Positions 37,546 through 47,544 are shown, numbered from the stretch's first letter. The stretch: DNA of 64,000 bases from an uncultured Gammaproteobacteria bacterium (GCA_964515005.1 CAZEVT010000001.1:229616-293615), one strand, 5' to 3'. Program-made: numbers and translations. The notes: a model not told the origin generated them from the sequence alone.

Positions 37546-38352
37546 CGCGCCGCCTTGAAAATTTGGACAGTTAGCCTCATACCAACTCATCGCTTCCGGC
37601 GAACATGCTTTCTTTTTGGTTTCGTCCATAATGGGCATGCAGTCTACGTATCCACTCGGCGGACAGGTATATATCATTGACGACTTCGGGCACATATCCG
37701 ACGTTTCGGGGATCATGCACCTAGGTGTAGCATCCAGACAGGCTGGACGAGGTATACAGGTAGGCGTGGGTATTTGATCTGTAAATTTAAACGTGGAGAG
37801 GATTTGAGTGAAAGCTTGTTCATTGTTTACAGAACCGGAGAATGCAAAAGTATTCCCTCCGTGATCAAGGTAGCTTAAACCTAATCCAACCTTATTAGTA
37901 TTAGGAATTGGGCTGATACAAGAGCGAATATTTTGGTCAGCAATCGTTAACGTTTTATCGTTTTCAGGTAGACATCCACCACCGCCAAATCCTGTTCCAC
38001 AGGTTATTCCAACCCACTCATCGTCTTTCGCGATTCTATATGCCTGGTAGATCTCTGAATCGGCATTTTTTGTAATAGTCCAACCTGTTGGTGGCATAAT
38101 ACTAAATCTGGTTTTAGGTTGGGCAGATCCACAAATGTCAAAGGTGTTTTGGGGAAGATTGTTCTCATTTGGAGTAGGTGATGGAATTGGTGTAGAAGTC
38201 AACGATGTAATTTGTTTGGTAAGCTGCATGTTTTGGTAGGCGAGGAAACCGGTGGATAGGAGTAAAAGTAACGAAAACAATGAAAGCAGGACGGGTAAGA
38301 GGGGAAAAGGCTTTGGCGGAGTTGGGGTCGGAGCCTCGGGTTGGGTATCCAT
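37540..38352 (-). CDS. Secreted Cys-rich hypothetical protein
   Basis: Pro-rich N-terminus, one TM, 14 Cys in the C-terminal half; no known domain. Confidence 0.4.
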   Translation of the reverse strand: MDTQPEAPTPTPPKPFPLLPVLLSLFSLLLLLSTGFLAYQNMQLTKQITSLTSTPIPSPTPNENNLPQNTFDICGSAQPKTRFSIMPPTGWTITKNADSEIYQAYRIAKDDEWVGITCGTGFGGGGCLPENDKTLTIADQNIRSCISPIPNTNKVGLGLSYLDHGGNTFAFSGSVNNEQAFTQILSTFKFTDQIPTPTCIPRPACLDATPRCMIPETSDMCPKSSMIYTCPPSGYVDCMPIMDETKKKACSPEAMSWYEANCPNFQGGAL

Positions 38353-38364
38353 ACATTCAGTGTA

Positions 38365-39705
38365 TCACACCTCTACCCATCTTCCCGCGGCCTTTTTCAC
38401 TTTTTGCCAAAAGGAGTTCTGGCGGCAAAGACGCGCAACATCTTCTTTGTTTTTCAAGAGCAATTTGATGCTTTCTTCAAGCCACAGGTCGCCTTGGGAG
38501 CCCTTAAAAAGGATAAGGGATCGTTTCGGGATATCGGCGAGGGCCTCGTTGAACTCGATGATGGAGGGAAACCACTTTGCGTTTTTTACGACCGGCAGAA
38601 TGAACCGTTTTGTAAGCGGGCCGACGAGATACAGGGTATCCGGAATTTTGCCGATTGCGCGCGCGACGGCTTCGTGTTCAATCTGCGCCTCGTTGCCGAG
38701 CTCCAGCATGTCAGCCAGAACGACGATGGTGTGACGTTTCGTCTGTTTCTTGAGTAGGCGTATCATTTCCAAAAATGAAAGAACGGACGGTCTGGATGCG
38801 TTGTAGGATGAATCAATAATGACCGCGTTGTTGATGCCCTCAAACAAACTTTCGCGGCCTTTTGGGGGAGTAAAGTTTTTTTCTAAATTTTCCCGGATGA
38901 CCTCTAAGGGAATATTCAGCTTATACCCCACAAGAATAGCGGGCGCAAACACGTGACCTAGCTCTTGGGGGAAAGCGAAACCCTTAAATTGAAGAATAAC
39001 AGGCGTATTATCAAGCGTATACGAAAACGTAGTTTCTTTGGTGTTTACGGAGTAGCCAGTGATATGAATAGTTGAACCTTTTGTGTTGCCGAACGTAAAA
39101 TTTTTGGGCCCATGCAACTCTTTTGTAAGAAACCGGTTATCGCCGTTTATGATGCCAATCTCGCTGTGTTTGAGCATTTTGGCATCTTCGCGGGTGATGG
39201 CAAGAATAAGACTGTTGAGACGCTCGTGGTCTGACATGATGGCTCCGGGATCCAGTATTTTTTCAAACTGCATGGTGTGGGCCGCAGACTCTTCGGTGAT
39301 GATGCCGATTTGGGGCTTCACAATAGTCAAAAGATATTCCATGTTTTTGGGTGGGAAGGGGTCGTCGATGCCCATTTCGACGATGATATAGCGCATATTT
39401 CTCAAAAACCCGATGCGGAAGGGGGCCGAAAGAAGCATGCGGGCCCAATCAAATGGGGAGTAATCGGTCGGAAATAACCCGACCAAACCCAAGGGTACGC
39501 CGGTTTCTGAGTTGCCGCTTGCCATGTGGGTGGGGGCAATATCGCGGAGGACCGCAAAGATGGCTTCGCGAGTGCTGGTTTTGCCAACCGAGCCCGCTAC
39601 ACCGATAATCGTGGCACGGCTCTGTGCGATGGCCAGACGCGCAATCGCCCGCAAATACCAGAGGACAAACAAGACGAGAGCCTTTCGAAGCGCCCCATAT
39701 TGCAT
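38365..39705 (-). CDS. murF: Mur ligase family protein, MurF-like (UDP-MurNAc-tripeptide--D-Ala-D-Ala ligase) with short N-domain
   Basis: P-loop IIGVAGSVGKTSTRE, Mur-ligase central region, C-terminal HTIVVLADMLELGNEA...KGSQG resembling MurF; GAGGT RBS supports ATG at 39705. Confidence 0.6.
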   Translation of the reverse strand: MQYGALRKALVLFVLWYLRAIARLAIAQSRATIIGVAGSVGKTSTREAIFAVLRDIAPTHMASGNSETGVPLGLVGLFPTDYSPFDWARMLLSAPFRIGFLRNMRYIIVEMGIDDPFPPKNMEYLLTIVKPQIGIITEESAAHTMQFEKILDPGAIMSDHERLNSLILAITREDAKMLKHSEIGIINGDNRFLTKELHGPKNFTFGNTKGSTIHITGYSVNTKETTFSYTLDNTPVILQFKGFAFPQELGHVFAPAILVGYKLNIPLEVIRENLEKNFTPPKGRESLFEGINNAVIIDSSYNASRPSVLSFLEMIRLLKKQTKRHTIVVLADMLELGNEAQIEHEAVARAIGKIPDTLYLVGPLTKRFILPVVKNAKWFPSIIEFNEALADIPKRSLILFKGSQGDLWLEESIKLLLKNKEDVARLCRQNSFWQKVKKAAGRWVEV

Positions 39706-39739
39706 TTCTAACCTCATGCGGTTATTATACAGGAAATTT

Positions 39740-40792
39740 ATGTATACTCCCAACTTCGCAATCACCAACAAGATTCTCAAATACACCGGTATTATTGAGT
39801 CGGCACGGGAAATTATTGAAAATGCGCCGCTTGTGCCCGCGTGGGAAGCAAAATTCCGTGAGGAGGCGCTCATCCGCACGGTGCACCACGGGACGCATAT
39901 TGAAGGAAACGAGCTGAATTTAGGTGAGGCGGAAAAAGTACTAGCTGGTGCCAAGATTGTCGGACGTGAACGCGATATTCAGGAGGTCCTCAATTACCGG
40001 AATGTCCTTCAGTTTATCGAATCGTACGACAACAATGAGATTACCTCCGACACCCTCAAACATGTCCATTCATTAACCGTGCACCGGATGCTTGACGACG
40101 CGCAAGTGGGGGAATATCGAAAGACCCAGGTTGTGGTCAAAAATAGTCAAACCGGAGAAATTACGTTCCGTCCGCCTCCCGCAGTCGAAATCTCTTTCTT
40201 ATTGGATGCATTTTTGCGTTGGCTCAATAGCGTAGGGGGAGACGAGTTACATCCGGTCCTCAAGGCCGGTATCGCCCACTATGAACTCGTACGCATCCAT
40301 CCGTTTTTGGACGGCAACGGCCGGGTTGCGCGGGCCGCGGCCACCCTTGTTCTTTTTAAACAGGGGTATGACATCAAGCGGTTCTTCTCGCTGGAGGAAT
40401 ACTACGACCGCGAGCCTTTGGCCTACTACGAAGCGCTTCAGAGTGTAGCACGCGGCGGCGGCAACATGAACGCGTGGCTTGAATATTTCACCGAGGGGCT
40501 GGCAATCGAGCTTGCCCGCATCAAGGAAAAGGTTAAGTCGCTCTCGACCGACCTCAAAATCAAAAAATCTATGGGCGGCCAGCAGCTTGCGCTTTCTGAG
40601 CGGCAGATTAAAATCGTCGAGTTTATCCAGGAGAATGGTTTTTTGCAGAACAAAGCGTTTTTTGAACTGTTCCCTATGATTTCTGAAGATACGGTCCTTC
40701 GGGAGATTAAAGACCTTGTCCACAAGGGCATCATCAAAAAAGAAGGCTCCACCAAGGGGGTCAAGTACGTCCTCAAAACCGGCGGAGAATAA
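39740..40792 (+). CDS. Fic-family protein (putative AMPylase) with C-terminal winged-helix domain
   Basis: Fic motif HPFLDGNGRVARAAATL; N-terminal THIEGN inhibitory-helix-like motif; AGGAAA RBS before ATG at 39740. Confidence 0.8.
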   Translation: MYTPNFAITNKILKYTGIIESAREIIENAPLVPAWEAKFREEALIRTVHHGTHIEGNELNLGEAEKVLAGAKIVGRERDIQEVLNYRNVLQFIESYDNNEITSDTLKHVHSLTVHRMLDDAQVGEYRKTQVVVKNSQTGEITFRPPPAVEISFLLDAFLRWLNSVGGDELHPVLKAGIAHYELVRIHPFLDGNGRVARAAATLVLFKQGYDIKRFFSLEEYYDREPLAYYEALQSVARGGGNMNAWLEYFTEGLAIELARIKEKVKSLSTDLKIKKSMGGQQLALSERQIKIVEFIQENGFLQNKAFFELFPMISEDTVLREIKDLVHKGIIKKEGSTKGVKYVLKTGGE

Positions 40793-40837
40793 GGCGAGGT
40801 GATTGATTTCCGAGAAGAATTGATGGATTATTAGAGT

Positions 40838-41023
40838 ATGGATTTCTCCGGACCCGGTGTCACCTACGCGTTTATGATTGTTCCTTCGCTTATTGCCCTG
40901 GTTGTGGTCATTCAGGGGATAGAAAAGCTCACGCACCGTGATCCCGAAGGGGGAGTGGCGATCGGATTTGGAATATTGTTTCTTGTCCTTATCGTTCTTG
41001 CCTATTACCTATACATCAAATGA
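40838..41023 (+). CDS. Small membrane protein (61 aa, two TM helices)
   Basis: ORF with two hydrophobic helices; stop overlaps ligase start. Confidence 0.3.
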   Translation: MDFSGPGVTYAFMIVPSLIALVVVIQGIEKLTHRDPEGGVAIGFGILFLVLIVLAYYLYIK

Positions 41024-42723
41024 CATTCTCCGAGCTTGCCAAATACTTCCAAAGACTGGAAGAGACGGCATCACGAAATACGATGACGGAGATCCTTGCC
41101 GACCTTTTCCGCAAGGCGAAACCTCAAGAGATCGGTGAGATCTGCTATCTTTTACAGGGTCGTACGGTTCCCCTGTATGAAGCCGTTGAGTTTGGTATCG
41201 CAGATAAATTCATGATCCGGGCAATTGCTCTTGCGTATCATGCTCCGGAAAGAGAGGCGCAAAAAGCATTTAAAAAGCTCGGTGATCTGGGATCTGCCGC
41301 CCAGTCTCTTCATCGCGGCGGGGGCACCATGCGCGTATCGGACGTATTTGCGAAGCTTGACGCACTCTCGCGAGTGGGGGGACAAGGCTCCCAGGAGAAA
41401 AAAATTGCACTTCTTGCCGATCTTCTGAAGGGCGTTGACGGACTGTCTGCCCGGTACCTTGCACGTATTCCTTTGGATAAGCTTCGGTTGGGATTTTCGG
41501 ATATGACGATTCTCGATGCGCTCTCCTTTATGGAAGCAGGAAATAAGTCGCTCCGCCCGCGGCTTGAGGAAGTATATAACGTGCGGCCGGATATTGGACT
41601 TTTGGCCCAGACGGTTAAATCTGAGGGAGTGAAGGGGCTGGTACGGGTGAAGGCAAAAGTTGGGGCGCCTATTCTTGCCGCCCTGTGCTCCCGGCTCCCC
41701 AATGCCGATGAGATGATTAAAAAAATGGGAGAAGTAGCCGTGGAACCCAAATATGACGGGGTGCGGGTTCAAATTCACGTAACGAGAAACGAAGTAAAAA
41801 CGTTTTCACGGAATTTAGAAAACACGACCGACATGTTTCCGGAGCTTTCAGAAATTAGAAAACAACTGAATGCCTATGAAGTGATCCTCGATAGCGAGGC
41901 GGTGGGTGAAGATCCCAAGACCGGCAGACTTTTTTCTTTCCAAGAAACCATGACCCGGAAGCGGAAACATGAAATTACCGCCGCACTGGCGTCAGTGCCT
42001 TTGAAGTTTTTCGTTTTCGACATCCTCTACCGCGACGGACAGGATTTACTCAGTAATCCACTTTCGGAACGTCGCAGTCAGCTTGAAAAGACTGTTCAAA
42101 AAGGAAATATGCTCGTGATTTCTCCGCAGATGGTGACGAAAGATGCGGGGGAGATCCGTGAGTTTCATGATGCCCAAATCAAGAAGGGATTGGAGGGGGC
42201 GGTCGTCAAAAAATGGCATAGTCCATACGAACCGGGTCGGAAGGACTTTAGTTGGGTGAAGTTTAAGGAAGAAGAAGGGAAAACCGGCAAGCTGACCGAT
42301 ACGATCGACGCCGTCGTCATGGGATACTACCGGGGAGAAGGAAAACGCAGTAGCTTTGGAATCGGGGCATTCCTCGTAGGGGTCGCCCGCGGAGACGGAT
42401 TTGTGACCGTGACCAAAATCGGGACCGGCGTGTCTGACGCGCTATGGAAGGAGCTACGGAATAGGCTTAATGACATTAAGGTGAGCAAACAACCGAAGGA
42501 ATATAGAGACGTGAATACCATGTTTGTCCCTGATGTGTGGGTTGCGCCCAAAATCGTCGTTGAAATAGCAGGCGATGATCTCACGAAATCTCCGACACAC
42601 GGGGCCCAGTACGCTGTCCGGTTCCCGAGGTTGGTACGCATCCGAGATGACAAGTCTCCCGGCCAGGTAACAACGGTTACGGAAATAGCCACTATGTACC
42701 GCCAGCAGGGGTCGCAGAAATAA
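41020..42723 (+). CDS. lig: ATP-dependent DNA ligase (archaeal/eukaryotic type, with N-terminal DNA-binding domain)
   Basis: Adenylation motif I EPKYDGVRVQIH (KxDG), OB-fold domain, ~570 aa. Confidence 0.85.
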   Translation: MTFSELAKYFQRLEETASRNTMTEILADLFRKAKPQEIGEICYLLQGRTVPLYEAVEFGIADKFMIRAIALAYHAPEREAQKAFKKLGDLGSAAQSLHRGGGTMRVSDVFAKLDALSRVGGQGSQEKKIALLADLLKGVDGLSARYLARIPLDKLRLGFSDMTILDALSFMEAGNKSLRPRLEEVYNVRPDIGLLAQTVKSEGVKGLVRVKAKVGAPILAALCSRLPNADEMIKKMGEVAVEPKYDGVRVQIHVTRNEVKTFSRNLENTTDMFPELSEIRKQLNAYEVILDSEAVGEDPKTGRLFSFQETMTRKRKHEITAALASVPLKFFVFDILYRDGQDLLSNPLSERRSQLEKTVQKGNMLVISPQMVTKDAGEIREFHDAQIKKGLEGAVVKKWHSPYEPGRKDFSWVKFKEEEGKTGKLTDTIDAVVMGYYRGEGKRSSFGIGAFLVGVARGDGFVTVTKIGTGVSDALWKELRNRLNDIKVSKQPKEYRDVNTMFVPDVWVAPKIVVEIAGDDLTKSPTHGAQYAVRFPRLVRIRDDKSPGQVTTVTEIATMYRQQGSQK

Positions 42724-42750
42724 GGCCGATAGAGTATAATAGAGAGCATC

Positions 42751-43560
42751 ATGGCCGCTCGTTTCTCGGTTATCATTCCTACCTTAAACGAAGAAAAATT
42801 TTTGCCGCACCTTCTTGATTCTCTTGCCCGCCAAACAAAAAAAGACTTTGAAGTTATTGTGGTGGACGGTTCAAGTAAAGACAAAACGGTCGCGGTAGCA
42901 AAATCCTTCACAAGAAAACTTCCAAAGCTTCGGATTATTGTCAGTAAAACAGCAAGCTTGCCGCTCCAGCGCAACCTCGGGGAGAAAGAAGCAAAAGGGA
43001 AGTGGCTTATTTTTGTCGATGCGGACGGTATTTTTTTGCCCTACGCCATGGAGCGAATTATCGACTACATTCACGAGGCAAACCCGAAGATATTTAGCAC
43101 GTGGGCCAAATCTGATTCGTCACTCGTCAACGATGCCATTGTAACGCTTCTTGGAAACATCTACTGGGAGAGTACCGTGCTTCTGAAACGCCCGGTTGCT
43201 CCCGGGCCTTTGACTATCGTAAGAAAAGATGTGTTTGAATCGATCGGCGGATATGACGAATCCCACCAGTACAATGAAGACGTCGATTTGGGTTTGCGGT
43301 TGAGTGAGCGGGGAGTCATGCTGCAAATACTCAGGGAGACGCTCTACGTTTGGTCCATGCGGCGAATTCGGCGCGAGGGGAAGATGAAACAAATAAGTCA
43401 GTATATACTCGCACTATTGCCAGTTTTACTGTTCAGACGACCCCTCAAACACATGCCCGGGTATATCATGGGCGGACAGTTGTACGGGAAAAAACAGCAG
43501 ACAGTTCTCAAAAAATACGAGAAAAAGTTTCGGATACTCCTTAAAGAATTATTTGAGTAA
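42751..43560 (+). CDS. Glycosyltransferase family 2
   Basis: FSVIIPTLNEEKFL and VVDGSSKD GT-A motifs; DAD (DxD) present. Confidence 0.75.
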   Translation: MAARFSVIIPTLNEEKFLPHLLDSLARQTKKDFEVIVVDGSSKDKTVAVAKSFTRKLPKLRIIVSKTASLPLQRNLGEKEAKGKWLIFVDADGIFLPYAMERIIDYIHEANPKIFSTWAKSDSSLVNDAIVTLLGNIYWESTVLLKRPVAPGPLTIVRKDVFESIGGYDESHQYNEDVDLGLRLSERGVMLQILRETLYVWSMRRIRREGKMKQISQYILALLPVLLFRRPLKHMPGYIMGGQLYGKKQQTVLKKYEKKFRILLKELFE

Positions 43561-43629
43561 TACGAAAAAGTTATTTGAGTAACGCAGTATAAATTTTCAG
43601 CTTCGCTGAATCTTTGAAGCTGCGCTATA

Positions 43630-44952
43630 ATGGGGCAAGCTATGCAGGTTATTGCGGATCTTCAGCTTCATTCCAAATATTCTCGGGCGGTGTCTCCCCA
43701 GATGGTATTGCCACAAATTTGCGCATGGACCAAGCGTAAAGGCATGGGACTGGTTGCCACCGGTGACTGGACACACCCCCTGTGGTTTCGGGAAATACAG
43801 GCGAACCTGGAAGAGACAGGGACCGGTTTATTAAAACTCAAAAATGCCGCGCCTGACGATCCGCTCTTTTTACTTGCCACGGAAGTTTCCTGCATTTATT
43901 CCCAAGGGGGGCACGGCAGGCGCGTCCATACCCTTATCTGGGTTCCCAGCATAGAATCGGCAGGCAAAATTAACAAGGAAATGACCAAGCGGGGCTGTAA
44001 CCTCTTAAGCGACGGCCGGCCGATTATCGGGCTCACTTCCATACACGTTGCGGAACTCGTCTTTACCATTGAGCCCAAAGCCCTCATCATTCCGGCGCAT
44101 GCCTGGACACCCTGGTTTTCGGTATTTGGCAGTATGAGTGGATTTGACAGTCTTGAGGAAGCATTTGGACCATATGCTAAACATATATATGCAGTCGAGA
44201 CTGGGTTATCGAGTAATCCGGCCATGAACTGGAGGATCAAGGAGCTTGATAATCGTTCGATTGTCTCGTTTTCTGACGCCCATTCAGGACCCAAGTTAGG
44301 GCGGGAAGCGACGGTGTTTGATTTGACCGACTTAAGCTACGACTCAATTTATAAGGCGATCAAGCAGGACGGGCCTTCAAAAATAGCCCATACCATCGAA
44401 TTTTACCCAGAAGAGGGGAAGTACCACTGGTCCGGACACCGCGCCTGCAACATTCGGTGGGGACCCAAGGAAACCGAAAAAAATGGCACGACCTGTCCGG
44501 TCTGCGGAAAGCCCCTCACACAGGGAGTAGAACAGCGCGTCGCCGAGCTTGCGGGAAGAAGCGAGGAGGAGCTTGGGATTACCAAGACAAAAACGGGGAT
44601 GACAACGAGCAAGCTGTTTCCGAAGCGTCCGCCGTTTGTGAGCTTAGTCCCTTTGCAGGAAATAATATCCGAAAGCATAGGATCGCCGGTTGCTTCGCCC
44701 AAAGTTCAGACTCCGTACCTTCAGCTTACCGATGCGTTGGGAGGAGAATTCAATATTCTTCTGTCTGTTAAACATGCTGAGATTGCCAAGATTGCCGGAG
44801 AGCGTATAGCGGTTGGGATAGACAAAGTACGTTCTGGGGATATTGTGATTGACCCGGGCTATGATGGAATCTTTGGCGTGGTGAAGCTTTGGCGCGAAGG
44901 AGAGGAAAAACCGCTGATTGATGCCTCAAAGGAGCAACTGTCGATATTTTGA
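43630..44952 (+). CDS. PHP-domain nuclease with zinc finger, Endonuclease Q-like
   Basis: N-terminus ADLQLHSKYSRA...GMGLVATGD resembles the EndoQ PHP domain; CPVCGK Zn-ribbon; ~440 aa. Confidence 0.5.
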   Translation: MGQAMQVIADLQLHSKYSRAVSPQMVLPQICAWTKRKGMGLVATGDWTHPLWFREIQANLEETGTGLLKLKNAAPDDPLFLLATEVSCIYSQGGHGRRVHTLIWVPSIESAGKINKEMTKRGCNLLSDGRPIIGLTSIHVAELVFTIEPKALIIPAHAWTPWFSVFGSMSGFDSLEEAFGPYAKHIYAVETGLSSNPAMNWRIKELDNRSIVSFSDAHSGPKLGREATVFDLTDLSYDSIYKAIKQDGPSKIAHTIEFYPEEGKYHWSGHRACNIRWGPKETEKNGTTCPVCGKPLTQGVEQRVAELAGRSEEELGITKTKTGMTTSKLFPKRPPFVSLVPLQEIISESIGSPVASPKVQTPYLQLTDALGGEFNILLSVKHAEIAKIAGERIAVGIDKVRSGDIVIDPGYDGIFGVVKLWREGEEKPLIDASKEQLSIF

Positions 44953-45031
44953 CCCGCTGCCTGCGGGATTCCCCATTGACGAAGCAAGATGTATTCCAGT
45001 ATGGTGGATGAAGAGAGGGGAGGTGATACGA

Positions 45032-45358
45032 ATGGCAGCAAAAGGAAATGAAAATTTATTGGCAGCCGCATCCTACTTATTAGGATTTGTTACCGGTATT
45101 GTCATACTTCTTGTCGAAAAAGAAAGTAAATTTGTCCGCTTTCACGCGATGCAGTCGACGATACTGTTCGGCGGCATATTCGTCATAAATATCGCCCTCG
45201 GATTTATCCCCATATTGGGGTGGTTTACGGGACTGATTCTTTCATTTGTCGCATTTATCCTCTGGATTGTTCTTATGTGGAAATCCTTCCAGGGAGAAAT
45301 GTACAAAGTCCCCTACGTGGGTGAGTTGGCAGAGAAGCAGTTGGCGAAAATGAAGTAA
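45032..45358 (+). CDS. DUF4870-like small membrane protein
   Basis: GAGGTGA RBS then ATG at 45032; LLAAASYLLGFVTGIVILLVEKESKFVRFHAMQS signature. Confidence 0.5.
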   Translation: MAAKGNENLLAAASYLLGFVTGIVILLVEKESKFVRFHAMQSTILFGGIFVINIALGFIPILGWFTGLILSFVAFILWIVLMWKSFQGEMYKVPYVGELAEKQLAKMK

Positions 45359-45433
45359 TGGATGGAGTAACTGACGAAACGCGCGCGAGTACCCTCGCGC
45401 TTGTTTCGCTGATTGGTGATTGGGTAGACTTCC

Positions 45434-45931
45434 ATGTTCAATGATCGCGCGCATGCAGCTTCGCTTCTTGCCCAAAAACTTCTTCCTTATCGGGGAAAGA
45501 TAGACCTTATCCTTGGGCTTGCGCGTGGCGGCGTTGTCGTTTCCCGCGAGCTTTCGCGCACGCTTGGCATTCCCCACAACGCGCTGGTCGTCAAAAAGAT
45601 CGGTAGCCCGGGCAATCCGGAGCTTGCCATTGGGGCCGTGGTGCCCGAGGGACAGCCAATTGACGTTCGGGATAAAGCGGTTATGGTAACAGACGACGGG
45701 GCGGCAACCGGGGCAACCATGGTAGCCGCAATCTCGTGGGTCAAAAGCCACGAGGCAAGAAAAATTGTCGTTGCTTTGCCCGTCGCGCCTCCGGAGGTGG
45801 CGGTTACACTCCATACGCTCGCAGATGACGTTGTTGTGCTCGCAACCCCCGCGGATTTCGGCGCAGTAGGACAGTATTACAAAAACTTTCCGCAGCTTTC
45901 GGACAAAGAAGTGGTAACATTACTTGTATGA
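45434..45931 (+). CDS. Phosphoribosyltransferase-domain protein
   Basis: PRPP-binding-like motif VMVTDDGAATGATM; PRTase type I fold. Confidence 0.6.
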   Translation: MFNDRAHAASLLAQKLLPYRGKIDLILGLARGGVVVSRELSRTLGIPHNALVVKKIGSPGNPELAIGAVVPEGQPIDVRDKAVMVTDDGAATGATMVAAISWVKSHEARKIVVALPVAPPEVAVTLHTLADDVVVLATPADFGAVGQYYKNFPQLSDKEVVTLLV

Positions 45932-46521
45932 AATTTATTGTCGGTCTTGGCAATCCCGGGGCAGAGTATCAAGATACCCGCCATAACATCGGGTTTATGG
46001 TTTTAGATAAACTCCAAAAAGAACTCGTGCAGGGGGTGCCCTCTCCGTGGCAAAAGGATGAGAAGAAGAACGTTCTGACGGCAAAAATCGGCGACTTGAT
46101 CCTCGTCAAACCGCAAACATTTATGAATAAATCCGGGTTTGCCGTGCGGGCCTTATTAGATTTTTATAAACTGACGCCAGAGAACATCTGGGTAATTCAT
46201 GACGACATTGACCTTCCTTTGGGGAAAATTAAAATCCGGGAAAAAGGCGGAAGTGCCGGCCACAACGGCGTTATTTCCATCATCGAACAAGTGGGCACCG
46301 ATGCGTTTGTCCGGTTTCGCCTGGGAATAGGACGGGGAGTAGATACGCCCAAGAAGGGGGAAAACAGAAATCTTCACCACCGTTCGGTCATTTCATTTGT
46401 TTTGTCGCGGTTCCGGCAAAGTGAGGCAGGGGAGCTCAAACACCTCGTAAAACACGGCACAGAGGCCGTACAGATGGCGCTAGACAAGGGGATAGACAAA
46501 GCCATGAATCGTTTTAACTAG
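45928..46521 (+). CDS. pth: Peptidyl-tRNA hydrolase
   Basis: KFIVGLGNPGAEYQDTRHNIGFM N-terminus and GHNG motif. Confidence 0.9.
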   Translation: MKFIVGLGNPGAEYQDTRHNIGFMVLDKLQKELVQGVPSPWQKDEKKNVLTAKIGDLILVKPQTFMNKSGFAVRALLDFYKLTPENIWVIHDDIDLPLGKIKIREKGGSAGHNGVISIIEQVGTDAFVRFRLGIGRGVDTPKKGENRNLHHRSVISFVLSRFRQSEAGELKHLVKHGTEAVQMALDKGIDKAMNRFN

Positions 46522-46523
46522 GT

Positions 46524-46802
46524 ATGACCGATCAAACCGCGATCCCAACCATCGGAGATATCCTCAAGAAATTTAATCCCATGGAGGACAAATATATTTC
46601 CCGGGAGTTTCAGTCGTATGGCATATATCTATCGGAAACGCTTGATGATTATAAACATAAGGCGCTTTATATACGGCTTGCCAAAACGGTCCCGCGGGCA
46701 ATTTTGGAAAAAGCATTAACCTTCGTCAAAGATGCAAATGCAAAGAGCCGCGCCCGCCTCTTTATGTGGAAAATGAAAAAGCTTCGGGAAGGAACGGAGT
46801 GA
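46524..46802 (+). CDS. Hypothetical protein (92 aa)
   Basis: ORF tightly packed between pth and acyP; no motif recognised. Confidence 0.35.
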   Translation: MTDQTAIPTIGDILKKFNPMEDKYISREFQSYGIYLSETLDDYKHKALYIRLAKTVPRAILEKALTFVKDANAKSRARLFMWKMKKLREGTE

Positions 46803-47071
46803 AACGTATCCGTTGTATTGTTTCGGGCGACGTGGTCGGGGTAGGGTATAGAGCGTGGGCCCGGCGTCAGGCGAAAGGCCTGGAGCTCGTCGGCTGGGTA
46901 AAAAATAGGGAAGACAAGACGGTCGAGCTTGTCGCCGAAGGCACGCGCGAGTCGCTTGAGGAGTTTATTGCTCTTTGCAGGCGAGGCCCGGATGTTGCGT
47001 GGGTCAAACACGTTGATGTGTCTTGGCAAAAAGCAACAGGTGAGTTTGTGGGATTTGAGGTGGTATACTAG
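46799..47071 (+). CDS. acyP: Acylphosphatase
   Basis: VSGDVVGVGYRAW and GWVKNREDKTVE acylphosphatase signatures; GTG start at 46799 after GGAAGGAACGGAG. Confidence 0.8.
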   Translation: MKRIRCIVSGDVVGVGYRAWARRQAKGLELVGWVKNREDKTVELVAEGTRESLEEFIALCRRGPDVAWVKHVDVSWQKATGEFVGFEVVY

Positions 47072-47076
47072 AGTGG

Positions 47077-47544
47077 ATGGACAAAGTTCTTGCGATTATC
47101 AAACGAAAGCCCCCCTTGTTTCTTTTTGTTTCCCTCGGATACCTCGTCCTCATAGGTCTTATCAAATGGCAGATTCATCCGCCGATCGGGGCATTATGGT
47201 TTCTTTTGGGAGGCGCAATCGGGGTGTATTTACTGGACGGGGCGGAAGTCTTTTTTGCCCTCGCACCTTCTCCCTTTCGCAGTATCGTTTTTGTCAGCGC
47301 ATTTACCCTTGTTTCTCTGTTTGTTCTGACTTCTTCCGGGAGCTTGTTGGCGCAGGGCCTGGTGTTTTCTTTGTACCTGACGCTTATTCTCTGGCAAGCG
47401 GGTCAGTGGCAGCAGACGGGAAATCTCAATGAGTGGTACCGGATGGTCGCAGTACCCGTATCGACGACCGCCCAGCGGTGGGGACTTATCCTATTTGCGT
47501 CGGTCTTTTTTGTAGAAACGTTTTTGTTCCTTGCATGGGCATGA
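47077..47544 (+). CDS. Hypothetical membrane protein (four TM)
   Basis: Hydrophobic ORF; no motif. Confidence 0.4.
   Translation: MDKVLAIIKRKPPLFLFVSLGYLVLIGLIKWQIHPPIGALWFLLGGAIGVYLLDGAEVFFALAPSPFRSIVFVSAFTLVSLFVLTSSGSLLAQGLVFSLYLTLILWQAGQWQQTGNLNEWYRMVAVPVSTTAQRWGLILFASVFFVETFLFLAWA

Noticed and set aside
39512-39739. N-terminal extension of the Fic ORF (ORF track start 39512)
   Set aside because: The extension is antisense to the murF-like N-terminus and has no RBS. ATG at 39740 is preceded by AGGAAA and matches the Fic family N-terminus.
45242-45814. 190-aa minus-strand ORF
   Set aside because: It overlaps the phosphoribosyltransferase-domain gene, which carries a clear PRPP-binding motif on the plus strand.
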